This document shows positions 7,755 to 17,816 of a DNA stretch of 64,000 nucleotides, one piece after another. Where the stretch lies: assembly GCA_964436855.1 (NCBI GenBank), contig CAYTED010000002.1, positions 13,925 to 77,924 of the forward strand. The letters run 5' to 3'. The stretch's first letter is position 1; each line of letters opens with the position of its first letter. The position numbers and the translations under genes are program-made. The notes under the pieces were generated by a model. That model was given only the letters and a program-made list of their open reading frames with translations, was not told the DNA's origin and made no database searches. The DNA comes from an uncultured Bdellovibrionales bacterium (GTDB lineage Bacteria > Patescibacteriota > Minisyncoccia > Moranbacterales > UBA1568).

Positions 7755-9164
7755 ATGCGTTTCTACAACACACTCAAAAAGGAAAAGGAAGATTTTGTCT
7801 CTCTCGAAAAGGGCAAGGTCGGGCTCTATACTTGCGGTCCGACGGTGTACGACTATGCTCATATCGGCAATTTTCGTGCGTATTTTTTTGCCGATACGCT
7901 GCGACGGACGCTCGAGACGGCCGGCTACGAAGTGCGACATATCAAAAATATCACCGATGTCGGGCATATGACGGCCGACGATATCGCACAGGGCGACAGC
8001 GGTGAGGATAAAATGGTGAAGAAGGCGAAAGCGGAGAAGAAATCACCCGAAGAAATCGCGGCGTTTTTTGAGGAGCGGTTTCATGAGGACGAGACGGCGA
8101 TGAATATTCTCCGGGCGCATTTCTTCCCACGTGCGACGGCGCATATCCCGCAGATGATTCGAATGATAGAGGCTTTGATCGTAAATGGACACGCCTACGA
8201 ATCAAATGGAAATGTTTTTTTTGATGTAACGTCGTTTGATCGGTACGGAGCGCTTTCGGGGAATACTTTGAAAAAATTGAAGGTTGGTGCGCGGCTCGAA
8301 GAGCATCCGGACAAGCGAAATCCGTGGGATTTTGCGCTGTGGCTTGCGGCGCCCGCGGGGCACCTGATGCATTGGCCAAGTCCGTGGAGCGAAGGCTATC
8401 CCGGGTGGCATATCGAGTGCTCGGCAATGAGTGGCGAATACCTCGGTGATACATTCGATATCCATACCGGTGGCGAAGATAATATTTTCCCGCATCACGA
8501 AGCGGAGATCGCGCAGAGTGAATGCGTCCATAAGAAACCGTTTGTGAAATATTGGCTTCATACGCGGCATATTTTTGTTGACGGTGAGAAAATGTCGAAG
8601 TCAAAAGGGAATTTTTATCGACTCGCGGATATTCTTGATCGTGGATATTCTCCGATGGATCTCCGGATGGTGTATCTCGGGGCGCATTATCGTTCCCCGA
8701 TGACTTTTTCGTGGGACGTGCTTGATCAGGCGAAGAAAAATCGCGAGTTTTTGCTGAATACAGTCGAGCGACTTTCTTTGGCGGAATATACCGAGGATGC
8801 TGATTACTCTGGCGATGATTTCCGGGAGAAATTTGTCGCGGCGATAGAGGATGATCTGAACACCCCCCTCGCCCTTTCGGTTGCGCAGGAATATGCGCGG
8901 AGCGTGAATCAGGCGATCGATGCGGGAAAAACGCTTTCTTCGAACGTAAAGACTGATTTTGAATTGTTTCTTTTCAAGTATTTTGGTTTGCAGGCGGAGG
9001 AGGTTCTTGTTCCTGATGACGTGCAAACACTCGTCGAAACGCGCGAAGCCGCCCGTCTTGAGAAAAACTTTGCCGAATCCGATCGGTTGCGCGATCTCAT
9101 TCGTGAGAAAGGATTCGAAGTGGAAGATACTTCGTCCGGCCAGCGCATAAAAAAAGCCTCTTGA
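7755..9164 (+). CDS. cysS: Cysteine--tRNA ligase
   Basis: 469 aa. [13 protein letters not shown] (HIGH region) and KMSKSKGN are class-I CysRS signatures. Confidence 0.95.
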   Translation: MRFYNTLKKEKEDFVSLEKGKVGLYTCGPTVYDYAHIGNFRAYFFADTLRRTLETAGYEVRHIKNITDVGHMTADDIAQGDSGEDKMVKKAKAEKKSPEEIAAFFEERFHEDETAMNILRAHFFPRATAHIPQMIRMIEALIVNGHAYESNGNVFFDVTSFDRYGALSGNTLKKLKVGARLEEHPDKRNPWDFALWLAAPAGHLMHWPSPWSEGYPGWHIECSAMSGEYLGDTFDIHTGGEDNIFPHHEAEIAQSECVHKKPFVKYWLHTRHIFVDGEKMSKSKGNFYRLADILDRGYSPMDLRMVYLGAHYRSPMTFSWDVLDQAKKNREFLLNTVERLSLAEYTEDADYSGDDFREKFVAAIEDDLNTPLALSVAQEYARSVNQAIDAGKTLSSNVKTDFELFLFKYFGLQAEEVLVPDDVQTLVETREAARLEKNFAESDRLRDLIREKGFEVEDTSSGQRIKKAS

Positions 9165-9179
9165 CTCGCGGTAAGCGTG

Positions 9180-9500
9180 TCAAGAGGCCATAGTCTCTTC
9201 GGGAGGTAGACGAGGAAGACTGTCGAGAATATGAAATAAATTTTGATCCTGCATTGTCTTTGAATCAAGGCTGGTTCTGATTTTGATGCTGATGCTGCCA
9301 TCCATATGGTCGATCAGGGTCGTTTTCGCAGGATTCAAAAATAGATTCTGCATGCTTTTGAGTATCGGTATAACGAATAGCTCACGGTTACCATGAATGG
9401 TTATTTCGACTTCCTGCTTCCATGGCTCTTGAGTTGTTTCACCTAGCAACCAAATACCCACACAATTCATTTTCGCCACCCTGTCTGTTAATGATCTCAA
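9180..9500 (-). CDS. Hypothetical protein (106 aa), weakly supported
   Basis: ORF fits the cysS-dnaB gap. No RBS or family recognised. Could be non-coding. Confidence 0.25.
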   Translation of the reverse strand: MRSLTDRVAKMNCVGIWLLGETTQEPWKQEVEITIHGNRELFVIPILKSMQNLFLNPAKTTLIDHMDGSISIKIRTSLDSKTMQDQNLFHILDSLPRLPPEETMAS

Positions 9501-9583
9501 TGTATAATCATACGATATCTTCTTGACTTGGTCAATATTGGTTTTTCGTTTTTTGCGGAGTACAATGAATCGTACTCTTTTTT

Positions 9584-10948
9584 ATGGTCAATTCTTCCTC
9601 TGATCATCTTCGTATTCCCCCGCACAATATCGAGGCCGAACAATCGGTACTCGGTTCGCTTATGCTTGATAAGGATGCGATTATCCGGGTGGCCGATCTT
9701 GTGAAGGTCGGTGATTTTTACAAGCCGGACCACAACACGATCTACGAAGCGATTCTCACGCTCTACGAAAAGCGCGAGCCGATCGATGTGCTCTCGCTCT
9801 CGAATATTTTGGAAGAGCGCGGGAAGCTCGATGAAATCGGCGGGTCGTCGTATCTTGCGACACTTGTCAACACTGTGCCAACGGCGTCCAATGTCGCTCA
9901 TTATGCAAAGGTCGTGCAGAAGAAATCTCTTTTGCGACGTTTGATCGGGACGGCGACCGAAATTGTTGAAATGGGATATGACGAGAGCGAAGACGTGCAC
10001 AAGGTGCTTGACGAAGCCGAGCAGAAACTTTTTTCGGTATCGCAAAAATATATCAAGCAGGATTTTATTCCCATCCGATCCATTCTCGAAGAGGCGTTTA
10101 ATCGGATCGACGAGCTCCACAAAAGTGATGGTGCGATGCGCGGTGTTCCTTCGGGATATGCCGATCTCGATCATTTGCTCGCGGGGTTTCAAAAGTCGGA
10201 TCTTATTATTCTTGCGGCGCGACCATCGGTCGGAAAGACGACGTTTGCGCTCGATATCGCGCGGCAGATCGGGACGCTTGCGAAAATTCCAGTTGGTATT
10301 TTCTCGCTTGAAATGGGTGCGGACCAGCTGATCGATCGTATGATCGCGGCGGAGGCGGGCGTTGATCTCTGGCGACTCCGTACGGGAAAACTTTCAAGCG
10401 AGGGTGAGAACAGTGATTTTCAGCGCATCGGACAAGCGATCGGAGTGCTTTCCGAAGCGCCAATTTTTATTGATGATTCCGGATCGCTCAATATTATGGA
10501 AATGCGGACGATGGCGCGTCGTTTGCAGGCCGAACACAAGCTCGGAATGATTATTATCGACTATCTCCAGCTGATGGAGGGACGCGCGCGGACCGGCGAT
10601 AATCGCGTGCAGGAAATTTCCGAAATTTCCCGCGGTCTGAAACAGCTCGCTCGTGAACTCAATATTCCGATCATTGCGCTTTCGCAGCTTTCTCGTGCCG
10701 TGGAATCGCGTCCCGATCAACGTCCGAAGCTTTCCGATCTTCGCGAATCCGGTTCGATCGAACAGGATGCGGACGTTGTGATGTTTCTTTATCGCGAGGA
10801 CCGCGTGAAGCCGGATACTCCGAACAAAAATATCGTCGATATCATTGTCGCGAAACACCGAAACGGCCCGGTTGGTCAGATATCGCTTTATTTCCAAGAC
10901 AACTCAACGACCTTTAAGAATCTCGAGAGAGTACATTCGGAACAGTAA
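9584..10948 (+). CDS. dnaB: Replicative DNA helicase DnaB
   Basis: 454 aa. N-terminal PPHNIEAEQSVLGSLMLD, Walker A ARPSVGKTTFAL, and the rest match DnaB. Confidence 0.95.
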   Translation: MVNSSSDHLRIPPHNIEAEQSVLGSLMLDKDAIIRVADLVKVGDFYKPDHNTIYEAILTLYEKREPIDVLSLSNILEERGKLDEIGGSSYLATLVNTVPTASNVAHYAKVVQKKSLLRRLIGTATEIVEMGYDESEDVHKVLDEAEQKLFSVSQKYIKQDFIPIRSILEEAFNRIDELHKSDGAMRGVPSGYADLDHLLAGFQKSDLIILAARPSVGKTTFALDIARQIGTLAKIPVGIFSLEMGADQLIDRMIAAEAGVDLWRLRTGKLSSEGENSDFQRIGQAIGVLSEAPIFIDDSGSLNIMEMRTMARRLQAEHKLGMIIIDYLQLMEGRARTGDNRVQEISEISRGLKQLARELNIPIIALSQLSRAVESRPDQRPKLSDLRESGSIEQDADVVMFLYREDRVKPDTPNKNIVDIIVAKHRNGPVGQISLYFQDNSTTFKNLERVHSEQ

Positions 10949-11027
10949 TTTTGAATTTTGATTGAAATTCGAGTTTTTGAATTTAGAAATTGATTCAAAA
11001 TTAAAAATTCAAAACTCAAAATTTTCT
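10949..11027. repeat. AT-rich dispersed repeat (copy 3)
   Basis: gaattttgattgaaattcgagtttttgaatttagaaattgattcaaaattaaaaattcaaaactc is related to the 3695-3797 and 5911-6060 units. Confidence 0.4.
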
Positions 11028-11615
11028 ATGAAGTATCCCAAACCTTTTCAAGATCTCATCGCGCACTTTTCGTCGCTTCCGTCGATCGGGCCGAAAATGG
11101 CGGAGCGGCTGACGCTCTATCTCTTCAAACGCGAGAGCGTGGAGCTTGAAGTGTTTGCCGAAGCGCTTGAGGCGCTCCATTCGCTTCGATTTTGTTCGAA
11201 ATGTTTTCATATCTCCGAGGGTGAACTCTGTCCGATGTGTGCCGATCCGGAGCGCGACCGGGCGACACTCTGCGTGGTGGAAGAGCCGCTTGATGTGATC
11301 GCAATCGAGCGGACGGGAAGTTATGCCGGGCTCTACCACGTGCTTGGTGGACTTCTTGAATCCGACGGTGGTGATAAGCGCCTGACTATCCCTGAACTCC
11401 TCCGTCGTGTGGAGGCGGACGGCATTTCCGAGGTGATTCTTGCCACCAACCCGACGACCGAGGGTGATGCCACGGCATTTTACCTGAAAACGAAACTCCT
11501 CTCGTCAGGCGTGAAAATAAGCCGCATTGCGCGCGGTTTGGCGACTGGTGGCGACATCGAATACGCCGATGATGCCACTCTCACTGCATCACTTGCAAAT
11601 AGGTCTGGAATGTGA
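11028..11615 (+). CDS. recR: Recombination protein RecR
   Basis: Likely start MKYPKPFQDLIAHFSSLPSIGPKMAERL (HhH). C4 zinc finger CSKC...CPMC, Toprim domain. Confidence 0.9.
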   Translation: MKYPKPFQDLIAHFSSLPSIGPKMAERLTLYLFKRESVELEVFAEALEALHSLRFCSKCFHISEGELCPMCADPERDRATLCVVEEPLDVIAIERTGSYAGLYHVLGGLLESDGGDKRLTIPELLRRVEADGISEVILATNPTTEGDATAFYLKTKLLSSGVKISRIARGLATGGDIEYADDATLTASLANRSGM

Positions 11616-11719
11616 TATAATATTTTATTAGAGATGTGAGAGGTTTGCTTTTTTCGGATCATTTCTTATGGGCAATGAAAAGGAGATCCTTTCTCCTGTC
11701 AGTTTTCATCTTTTTATAT

Positions 11720-11757
11720 TGTACATAAAAATAAGCGACCGCTTACTTTTGTGTACA
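11720..11757. promoter_or_regulatory. 38-bp near-perfect palindrome TGTACATAAAAATAAGCGACCGCTTACTTTTGTGTACA (candidate operator; copy 1)
   Basis: Half-sites are reverse complements. A near-identical copy lies at 34668-34705. Sits in a 315-bp non-coding gap between convergent recR and rplU. Confidence 0.4.
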
Positions 11758-11893
11758 GTGCGTCAGAAGGATTTCAAATGGAAAGGAGTGTAAAAATAGG
11801 AAGGAGTATAAAAAAGAAAAAGCTATTGGAAGACAGAGTCTATCCTGACGGGGTCTTAGCTGTTTTTCAAATGATCAGTGGGAAAACGAAAAA

Positions 11894-11920
11894 CCCCGAG
11901 GAATCGGGGATTTTGTTTGT
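11894..11920. terminator. Bidirectional rho-independent terminator (CCCCGA-GGAA-TCGGGG flanked by A-run and T-run)
   Basis: aaaaccccgaggaatcggggattttgtttg lies just 3' of the rplU stop. Confidence 0.55.
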
Positions 11921-11930
11921 TTGAAGAAAT

Positions 11931-12239
11931 TTACGCGGAGATTTTGGTGATCTCGACTTCGGTGTAGTGCTGGCGATGACCAAAGCGCGTGAGTTCGCGT
12001 TTCTTTGCTTTGTGCTTGATCCCGGTTACTTTCTTGTGCCTACCTTGCTTGGTAACCTTTCCGGTAACGGTCGCCTTTTCGAGAATGGGTGCGCCGATAT
12101 CCACCTTGTTTTCATCACCCACGAAGAGCGTCTCGAAAGAAACTTCCGAGCCGACTTCATTCTCGAGCTTTTCGATTTTCACCTTGGATCCCTCGGACAC
12201 GAGGTATTGTTTTCCGCCGGTTTTGATCACTGCAAACAT
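11931..12239 (-). CDS. rplU: 50S ribosomal protein L21
   Basis: MFAVIKTGGKQYLV... is the classic L21 N-terminus. The ORF-track upstream extension is probably not translated. Confidence 0.9.
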   Translation of the reverse strand: MFAVIKTGGKQYLVSEGSKVKIEKLENEVGSEVSFETLFVGDENKVDIGAPILEKATVTGKVTKQGRHKKVTGIKHKAKKRELTRFGHRQHYTEVEITKISA

Positions 12240-12319
12240 AAATATTCGTTCAAAGATGAATTCCAATATACCCGACCAGTATACTTTTTTTTTGGATCCT
12301 TGTCAATAAGCCAAAATTC

Positions 12320-14203
12320 TTATTCAAGAATAGCCTTGATTCGACGGACGCCAGCGGAAGAGGCTTCTTCTTTCGTAATTTTGAAATGGCCAAATGCGGC
12401 GATTTCTTTCGTATTCTTGACGTGCGGGCCGCCGCAGAGTTCGCGCGAATAAACGACTCCGTCCGGTCCGACAACTTGGTAGACCGTCACTTTTTCCGGA
12501 TATTTTTCCCAGAAACTTCCTTCGACCCCGACTTTTTTTGCCTCGTCTTTTTCCATTACACTTGTTTCGACAATTACATTCGCATCAATTGCAGTATTCA
12601 CGAATTGTTCCACGCGATCGAGAATTTCGCGTGAGACTTTTTCCGGAGAGGTGAAGTCAAAACGCGTGCGTTCTTCGGTGATATTTGATCCGGCCTGATG
12701 AATCCCCTCCCCGAGTTCTTTTCGGAGTCCGGCGAGCATAAGGTGGGTTGCGGTATGAAATGCCGTAACCTTTTCGCTGTGATCGGCAAGTCCGCCCTTG
12801 AATTTTCCCGCGCTTGCGGTGCGCGAGAGGTCGCGGTGTTTCTCGAATTCCTCGCGAAAAGCTTGTTCGTCGAGAGAAATATTATTTTCTTGAGCGAGTT
12901 CGGTTGTCAGCTCGAAGGGAAATCCGTAGGTAGCAAAAAGATCAAAGGCGTCTCTTCCCGAAAGACTGCCGGCGGCCGTTCGCTTTTCGAACTCCTTGAG
13001 ACCATGCGCGAGAGTTTTTCTGAATTTCCCCTCCTCCTTTTCGAGTTCCGCAAGGAGGATATCTTGTTTCTCTGGAAGATTCGGATAGGCATCCTTGTAG
13101 GTTTCAAGAAAGGCCTTTGCGATCGGGATGGTGAAATTTTTTTCGATACCCAATCGTAGGCCAAAGCGAATCGCCCGTCGAATGAGACGGCGGACAAAAT
13201 ATCCCTGATCTTTGTTGGACGGGAAGACATTGTCGCCAATAAGCAGTGTCGCCGCACGAAGATGATCCATAATGACCCGAAAGGCAAATGTGTCCGATTC
13301 GTTTGTTCCGTATGTTTTTCCTGAAAGAGTTTCGATCGCGTGTCTTGAAGCGTTAAAAAGGCTGATACGGAAAACGTCCGGCGTATCGAGTACGGCCGCG
13401 GTGAGTCGTTCTAATCCTCCGCCAAAATCGACATTGGGCGCGGGGAGTTTTTCGAAGCGATTTTCATGCTTCACATATTCCATAAACACATTGTTCCCGA
13501 TTTCCATAAATCGCCCGCAATCGCAGTTCACATGACAGGGTTTGTCTTTCCATTGCGACGCCTCATGGAATTTTTTGGTATTTTCGGGATCGAAATCCCA
13601 AAACATTTCGGTGTCAGGGCCGCCCGGTTCACCGTTTGGCATATTGTTTGGCACACCGGAACGCGACCACCAGTTTTTCTTGTCGTCATAATAAAAAATC
13701 CGCCCTCCTTGCATTCCATCGCGTTCAGCGTGGTCAATAATTTTCGCCTCGATGCCTTTTTCTTGGAGTAATGCCTGCCAGAGTCCCGCTGATTCCTCAT
13801 CTTTTGGAATTCCAAGCGCATCATTTCCCTGATAACAGGTGAAGAAGAGTCGTTTCGGATCGAGAGCGAGTGTTTCTGTGAGAAATTCAAACATCCAGCT
13901 GATTTGCTCTCGCTTAAAATAATCCCCGAACGACCAGTTTCCAAGCATTTCGAAAAAAGTGGTGTGTCGATTGTCCCCTACTTCTTCGATGTCCTGCGAA
14001 CGAAACGATTTTTGCGAATCGGTAATGCGTTTTCCCAGAGGATGCGGTTCTCCAAAAAAATACGGAAGCATTGGCTGCATACCCGAACCTGTAAAAAGAG
14101 TGGTCGGATCGTTTTCCGGGACGAGAGGTGCGGACGGAATCACCGCGTGACCGCGGTGTTGAAAAAAGTCGAGATATTTTTTTCGGAGTTCGTTTCCGGT
14201 CAT
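12320..14203 (-). CDS. alaS: Alanine--tRNA ligase (short form lacking the C-terminal C-Ala domain)
   Basis: 627 aa. FFQHRGHAVIPSAPLVPENDPTTLFTGSGMQ, the WSFGDYF catalytic core, and the editing-domain HxxxH/CGG region (TATHLM...CGGPHV). Confidence 0.93.
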   Translation of the reverse strand: MTGNELRKKYLDFFQHRGHAVIPSAPLVPENDPTTLFTGSGMQPMLPYFFGEPHPLGKRITDSQKSFRSQDIEEVGDNRHTTFFEMLGNWSFGDYFKREQISWMFEFLTETLALDPKRLFFTCYQGNDALGIPKDEESAGLWQALLQEKGIEAKIIDHAERDGMQGGRIFYYDDKKNWWSRSGVPNNMPNGEPGGPDTEMFWDFDPENTKKFHEASQWKDKPCHVNCDCGRFMEIGNNVFMEYVKHENRFEKLPAPNVDFGGGLERLTAAVLDTPDVFRISLFNASRHAIETLSGKTYGTNESDTFAFRVIMDHLRAATLLIGDNVFPSNKDQGYFVRRLIRRAIRFGLRLGIEKNFTIPIAKAFLETYKDAYPNLPEKQDILLAELEKEEGKFRKTLAHGLKEFEKRTAAGSLSGRDAFDLFATYGFPFELTTELAQENNISLDEQAFREEFEKHRDLSRTASAGKFKGGLADHSEKVTAFHTATHLMLAGLRKELGEGIHQAGSNITEERTRFDFTSPEKVSREILDRVEQFVNTAIDANVIVETSVMEKDEAKKVGVEGSFWEKYPEKVTVYQVVGPDGVVYSRELCGGPHVKNTKEIAAFGHFKITKEEASSAGVRRIKAILE

Positions 14204-14212
14204 AATACTACT

Positions 14213-14485
14213 TTACAGCAAATTCATTGTTTTCTTCATTTTTTTCAATTCAAGATCGAGAAGCGCGGCTTTTCGTGCGAGATCAGTTTTCTTTTTCTCT
14301 TGTACGGACAGCTGCGCCTGAAGCAGAGCGTATTCGCGTTTGATGCGCCGGATACTTTCATCGATCCCCGTGATTTCCCGGGTGAATTTTTTCCGATCCG
14401 CTTCGGCTATGGCGAATTCCGACTGAAGACGCCGTAAAATCGCCTTGGAATCTTTGCGGTTTCCGGTGGTTGATAAAAATCCCAT
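14213..14485 (-). CDS. Small coiled-coil hypothetical protein (90 aa)
   Basis: Fills the gap between the large ftsA-adjacent protein and alaS. Heptad-rich (LRRLQSEFAIAEADRKKF...LELKKMKK). Confidence 0.35.
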   Translation of the reverse strand: MGFLSTTGNRKDSKAILRRLQSEFAIAEADRKKFTREITGIDESIRRIKREYALLQAQLSVQEKKKTDLARKAALLDLELKKMKKTMNLL

Positions 14486-14534
14486 AGGGTTATCCAGTGT
14501 ACGAAAAATTCAAGAAAAAGGCAATGCGAGAGAT

Positions 14535-16529
14535 TTATTCTTTCGGCGGGTCCGCAATGCGGATGTGAATCCGGTTCGTGTCGGTAGGAAGTGTTTTTTT
14601 GAATTCAGGGTGAGGGACGATGTCGATTTGATTTATTTCCGGGTGCTTGTCGAGAACCGCTTCTTTCAGCGTAGATATATCGAGACCGGAGAGTTCGGAT
14701 CGAATGGTCTCGGAGTCGACGCGTACGACAAGAGTAATATCGGCCGAGACGGTCGCGCGACCGCTCTCGTTTTTGAAATCAGGTTCGAGCGAAACGGTGT
14801 TGATCAGAATGGATTGCGGGACGAGCGAGAGGTTGTTTCCCTTTGCGACCGGATGATTTTTTTGAATCAAGACGTCGATCGCTTGTTGAATTCGGTCATC
14901 TGAAAGGACAAATGCTTTTCCGTGAAAACGGAACTTGGGAGAAATATTGTCTCCCGGCATTCCAACGATAAGAGCCGGCTCTTCATTGAGAGGTGTCAAT
15001 TCCATTCCTTCGTCGAGAAGGCGAATATTTGCATTGCCGGTTTTTTCCGAAAGAATGGCACGAAAGGATTCTTTCGCTTTTTCTTTGGCGAGGGTTTTCG
15101 CTTGTTCGATATCGGAAACGGTCAGTGATTTTCCGGAAGCGTTTGTTCCGCCGCCACCCGTCATTGTGGAAGAGGATTTCGCGGAGAATTTTTCGTATTT
15201 CGGACCACCTTTAAATCCCGGGATGGTAAAGGTACTCGGGTTGATATTGTATTCCGCGCCCGGTTGGTCGGCAACGACTTGCGCCTCAATCGCCCCCGGC
15301 TCTTTTTTTCCGCTAATTTCCGTCATTCCGGGAACCGCTATGCTTTGCGCGAGGCGAAAAATTTTTCCCTCCGGTGTTTCGAACCGAGTGGTTGAGACGA
15401 GGGTTTGCGGCTCGGTCCCGTAGTTGTTGTAAATGACGATTTTTCCTCGAGCGCGATCGCTCCCCTTTTCGGTGGATGTCGACCCGGTGGCCGCTACGGG
15501 AACCGATACTTCGATTGTTTCTTCAAAAGATTGGTAGGGAAGATTGAATTCCGAAGATGTTTCGGTTATTTTCCAATCCGGAACGAGTTCGAATTCGAAC
15601 TTTTCATTTGATTTTTGTTCCGAGTACGGGAAGAGTGTTACTTCTGCGCTGGAACGGATCGTATAGAATCCGATTCCTCCAACCAAAAGAATAAATATCG
15701 CCGCGAGAAAAACGAGAGCGCGTTGAGATCTTCGACCAATTGGTTTTCCCGGATCTTTTTTTGGAAAATTCTGGAGTGTTGGAGATTCTTTTTTGAGAGG
15801 TGGGCGTTCGGGCGCGGAAGAGGTATTCCCTTTTGGAGAGAAGAAGGCGTTTATTTTTTGTGAAGGGAAAAGTGGATTCGGCGCTTCTTGCGTGATTGAT
15901 TTTTCCGGAAGCGTTTTTCTTTGTTCCGGCATAAGCGGGGCGGCCGGCATCGTTTGTTGTAAGGAATTCAGCGCGGTTTGATGTTTTGGCGAATTGTCGC
16001 GAATACGCACCTGCATAGGTCCGGTATCGAGCGGTGAAGGCGTCCCTTCGCTTGAACGCGGAAGGGCGGGTTGCGCTGTTTCGGGCGGGATTTTTCCTCC
16101 CTGAAAAAATTCTTCGGATCCGATGGATTCGGCCTTTACCGCGTAGTAGGATTTTGGTTCGGAAGAAAATTGCGCGGGAAATGCCGTATCGGAAACCAAA
16201 TCCCCCACTGAAACGGTTCCTGCGGGAAGCGATGGCGTGGCGGTATTTTTGAGAGCCTTTTCCCGACGATCGAGTTCCTCTTGGTACGGGCGGGTTTCAA
16301 GACCGGCTTTTTCGGCAAGCGACCGGCTTCCGTTGTCTTGCGAAACGATAACAATATGCTTTCCAAGTTTTTTCGCTTCTCGTTCAAGAAGTTTCAGGCT
16401 GACGACGCTCTGCGAAAGAATGGCTCGCTTGGGGACGACCAGAGTAATGTCTTGATCGGTGGTATGGCGCAATCGTCCGACTACCGAAATGATTTCTTCG
16501 TCCGCTTCAATGTAGAACGTCTGTGGCAT
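14535..16529 (-). CDS. Large hypothetical protein (664 aa): N-terminal cytoplasmic domain, Pro/Ser-rich linker, one TM helix, large extracytoplasmic domain
   Basis: TM segment ALVFLAAIFILLVGGIGFY around residue 270. Immediately downstream of ftsA on the same strand. No named family recognised. Confidence 0.55.
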   Translation of the reverse strand: MPQTFYIEADEEIISVVGRLRHTTDQDITLVVPKRAILSQSVVSLKLLEREAKKLGKHIVIVSQDNGSRSLAEKAGLETRPYQEELDRREKALKNTATPSLPAGTVSVGDLVSDTAFPAQFSSEPKSYYAVKAESIGSEEFFQGGKIPPETAQPALPRSSEGTPSPLDTGPMQVRIRDNSPKHQTALNSLQQTMPAAPLMPEQRKTLPEKSITQEAPNPLFPSQKINAFFSPKGNTSSAPERPPLKKESPTLQNFPKKDPGKPIGRRSQRALVFLAAIFILLVGGIGFYTIRSSAEVTLFPYSEQKSNEKFEFELVPDWKITETSSEFNLPYQSFEETIEVSVPVAATGSTSTEKGSDRARGKIVIYNNYGTEPQTLVSTTRFETPEGKIFRLAQSIAVPGMTEISGKKEPGAIEAQVVADQPGAEYNINPSTFTIPGFKGGPKYEKFSAKSSSTMTGGGGTNASGKSLTVSDIEQAKTLAKEKAKESFRAILSEKTGNANIRLLDEGMELTPLNEEPALIVGMPGDNISPKFRFHGKAFVLSDDRIQQAIDVLIQKNHPVAKGNNLSLVPQSILINTVSLEPDFKNESGRATVSADITLVVRVDSETIRSELSGLDISTLKEAVLDKHPEINQIDIVPHPEFKKTLPTDTNRIHIRIADPPKE

Positions 16530-16544
16530 AATGATAAATCTTTT

Positions 16545-17816
16545 TTATTTTTGATCGATGGAGAGAATGGTTCGTTCGAGAATCGCGGAAAGCATTTTTT
16601 CGTGTTCGAGAGCGTTTAAGAGAACGAGATTGACGAGTCCGAGCGGAGTGATATCTTGCGGGTTGTTGAGTTCGCCGGTCGCATCTATGACGCGAACAAC
16701 GTCTTTCGGTTGCAGGAAACTGACTTGCGGTGGGCGTGCAAACGGTAGGCGTTCGATCCACTCGGGAGAAGAAAGCGCTTGTTTGATCTCCGGAAGTGCC
16801 GATCCTCCTCCGCAGAGAAAGATTCTTGACGGGAGAACATCGGTTTCGGCGAACTCCGCAAGAGAAATTTCCACCCCGCCGAGCCAGACGCGCGCGTCTT
16901 CGGCATAGAGCGAGCCGACGGAGCGGAGGTCGTTTTCCGGAAGGTGTCCGAGAGAATATGCGAGTTTCATTTCCTCGGCTTGTTCGAGCGAAAGTTGAAA
17001 TTCTTGCGAGAGGCGCTTGGTGAAAGCGCGACCGCCGAGGGCGAACATTTTCGTTCCTTCGAGGCCGCCATTTCGAACAATGGCAATATCGGTGGTTCCT
17101 CCGCCGATGTCGATAAAAATCGCACCAAAATCACTCATATCTTCCACCTCGACGGATCGCGCGACAGCGTAGGGTTCTGCGGCAACCGAAAGAAGATCGA
17201 GCTTGAGATCGTGTGCGATCGCCTCAAGGGCGCCGAGATGGATCATTGGCGCATAGGCATTGAAAACGCTGATGGAGACGTCGCGTCCTTGAAAATTGAG
17301 TGGATTCACGATGCGATAGCCGTCGATTTTTACATCGACGAGCGATGCGTTGATGAGTTTGATTTCAATGCTGTCCTGTCCGGTCTCCCAAGCGAGTTGG
17401 CGTTTGATGCGTTCAAATGCCTTTTCTTGAACTTTTCCGATGATTGTTTTTAATTCCGATGCACCGATGCGAATTTCCGGATTGACGCGTTCATAGTGAA
17501 CGGTGGTTGTTGTTCCCTTCACCAGCTCACCTGCAATACCGATAACGCTTTTATCAATGTGTTTTATTTTTGCCTTTTGTTTCGCGAGCTCGATCGCCGC
17601 ACGGGAACATTCGATGACGCCGCTAATATCCGAAACCGCCCCGCTCTGCATATTGCCGGGACGCTGCGCGATACGGCCGATGCCGTGAACCGTCGCTTTT
17701 CCGGTAGATTCGTCCACGGTAAAAACAAGCGCTTTCACCACTTCGGTTCCGATATCGAGCGCAAGATAATAATGACCGGAAGAGCCTCCTTTGAATACGG
17801 AAGAAAAAATCCCCAT
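16545..17816 (-). CDS. ftsA: Cell division protein FtsA (actin-like ATPase)
   Basis: 423 aa. YYLALDIGTEVVKALVF and FIDIGGGTTDIAIV are actin/Hsp70-fold phosphate loops typical of FtsA/PilM. Confidence 0.8.
   Translation of the reverse strand: MGIFSSVFKGGSSGHYYLALDIGTEVVKALVFTVDESTGKATVHGIGRIAQRPGNMQSGAVSDISGVIECSRAAIELAKQKAKIKHIDKSVIGIAGELVKGTTTTVHYERVNPEIRIGASELKTIIGKVQEKAFERIKRQLAWETGQDSIEIKLINASLVDVKIDGYRIVNPLNFQGRDVSISVFNAYAPMIHLGALEAIAHDLKLDLLSVAAEPYAVARSVEVEDMSDFGAIFIDIGGGTTDIAIVRNGGLEGTKMFALGGRAFTKRLSQEFQLSLEQAEEMKLAYSLGHLPENDLRSVGSLYAEDARVWLGGVEISLAEFAETDVLPSRIFLCGGGSALPEIKQALSSPEWIERLPFARPPQVSFLQPKDVVRVIDATGELNNPQDITPLGLVNLVLLNALEHEKMLSAILERTILSIDQK

Noticed and set aside
9497-10192. 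231-aa minus-strand ORF
   Set aside because: It is antisense to dnaB, which is unambiguous.
3695-11027. Possibility that the AT-rich repeats form a CRISPR array
   Set aside because: The copies are in different intergenic regions kilobases apart, in both orientations, with no regular repeat-spacer periodicity. There is no cas gene in the window.
11616-11930. Unannotated small RNA (SRP, 6S or RNase P) in the 315-bp recR-rplU gap
   Set aside because: None of the conserved motifs of SRP RNA domain IV, the RNase P P4 helix or the tmRNA ends are visible. Only the 38-bp palindrome and a terminator are evident. It is kept as a possibility in the findings but not called as a feature.
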